Assembly (NCBI GenBank): GCA_001800825.1
Contig: MGWD01000065.1
Location: forward strand, 26,029-61,812
Length of the DNA stretch: 35,784 nucleotides
From: Euryarchaeota archaeon RBG_19FT_COMBO_69_17
GTDB lineage: Archaea; Thermoplasmatota; Thermoplasmata; RBG-16-68-12
Reading direction: 5' to 3'
Position numbers and translations under genes: made by a program. Below are positions 34,917 through 35,784 of the stretch, piece after piece (within the stretch, counting starts at the first letter, position 1; the number at the start of each line of letters is the position of its first letter). The notes under the pieces were generated by a model that made no database searches, was not told where the DNA came from, and was given only the letters and a program-made list of their open reading frames with translations.

Positions 34917-35085
34917 AGAATCACGGAGGGCGTCGCAAGGCGTTCGCGGGCGATCCCATCCCTTGGGTCTCGCGTATTTGGCCCTCCCCATTTAAGGTTA
35001 GCGGGATGGACTCAATCCGTACGTTGCCAGGGCGTCCGCGTATTTGAACCCGGAGGAGAGGGGTGGGACAAAGTATCCGGCGCCG

Positions 35086-35784
35086 TCAGTCCTCGAACAC
35101 GGCGCCGCACTTCGAACACTTCGCGTCGTCCTCGCTCACGTCGGCCCCGCAGCTCGTGCACGTGAACTCCGCGATCTTCCCCGCCCGGGCCCGTGACGCG
35201 GGCTTGGAGCCTTCCTCGCCCTTCTTCCCCCGGCCCCCGAGCATCTTCCGGCGGGTCTCCTTCGCGCGGAAGGAGTACCACCACATGAAGATGAAGAAGT
35301 AGTAGAACAGGATCGGGAGGAGGAGGAACCCCGCGGAGCGCACGAGGAACACACCGTAGAACGTGCCCCATCCGGCCGTGATCGGCCCGTACGCGCCCCA
35401 CGTCTCCGTCCAGTTCCCGCGCCGGTCCGTCGCGTTGAAGGCGAAGCCGTAGATCGCGGCCCCGAGGTCCCGATTCGCCGCGTACTGGACGCCGAGGAGG
35501 GTGTCGTTCCCGATGGCCGGGGTCATCAGGACGGGCGCCTCGACGAGGACGTCGACCGCGTCGACGACGAGGACGATGAGGTACACCGTGTAGTTGTCGG
35601 GGTCGCTCGGCACGGACGCGTTCGGAGTCGTCAGGGTGACCGTGAAGTTGAACCGCCCGCCCGCGTCCGTGCGGTAGGGGGACACGGTCCCGTTCGAGAG
35701 GGCCATGGACGGATGGACGCGCGAGGCGCCCTCGCTCGAGAGGGCGAATGCGGGCGCGCCGAGGATGGCCTGCGTGAAGAACAC
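35086..35784 (-). CDS. Membrane-anchored protein with C-terminal zinc ribbon (5'-truncated by the window edge)
   Basis: Extracellular beta-rich segment, TM helix FLLLPILFYYFFIFMWWY, basic linker and FTCTSCGADVSEDDAKCSKCG. Confidence 0.75.
   Translation of the reverse strand: MFFTQAILGAPAFALSSEGASRVHPSMALSNGTVSPYRTDAGGRFNFTVTLTTPNASVPSDPDNYTVYLIVLVVDAVDVLVEAPVLMTPAIGNDTLLGVQYAANRDLGAAIYGFAFNATDRRGNWTETWGAYGPITAGWGTFYGVFLVRSAGFLLLPILFYYFFIFMWWYSFRAKETRRKMLGGRGKKGEEGSKPASRARAGKIAEFTCTSCGADVSEDDAKCSKCGAVFED

Noticed and set aside
1-35784. CRISPR array, rRNA or IS/transposase
   Set aside because: No regularly spaced repeats, rRNA-like stretch or transposase motifs found by eye; the window is almost fully occupied by identifiable genes.

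Overview
GC-rich archaeal chromosomal window made mostly of core genes. The gene set (MCM, RadB, NMD3, uL16/L10e, Dph2, archease, topoisomerase VI A/B, QueC/QueE, IPK/IDI-2) and the style of the surface proteins suggest an uncultured Thermoplasmatota; this is inference. Contents: a 5'-truncated multidomain S8 protease; an FmdE-family gene; mcm interrupted by a 535-aa LAGLIDADG intein just before Walker B; lower mevalonate/isoprenoid genes (ipk-fni-polyprenyl synthase, plus a haloarchaea-type phosphomevalonate decarboxylase); queC-queE; an SLC13 transporter; adk; tRNA-Arg(GCG); a beta-helix/PKD surface protein; a 2-oxoacid:ferredoxin oxidoreductase operon (gamma-delta fusion, alpha, beta); a HerA-like ATPase with an unusual C-terminus; and top6AB. 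Best signals missing from the ORF track: (i) a match to the ORB core (GTTCCAGTGGAAAC) just upstream of mcm, next to an unannotated 48-aa zinc-ribbon ORF with a probable CTG start; (ii) atypical codon usage extending about 0.7-0.8 kb into both MCM exteins, a possible homing co-conversion footprint; (iii) an 81-aa integrase-N-like protein whose TATA box lies in a perfect 10-bp inverted repeat; (iv) a haloarchaea-type mevalonate route. No CRISPR array, rRNA or transposase was seen. All family calls come from motif recognition, not database searches.
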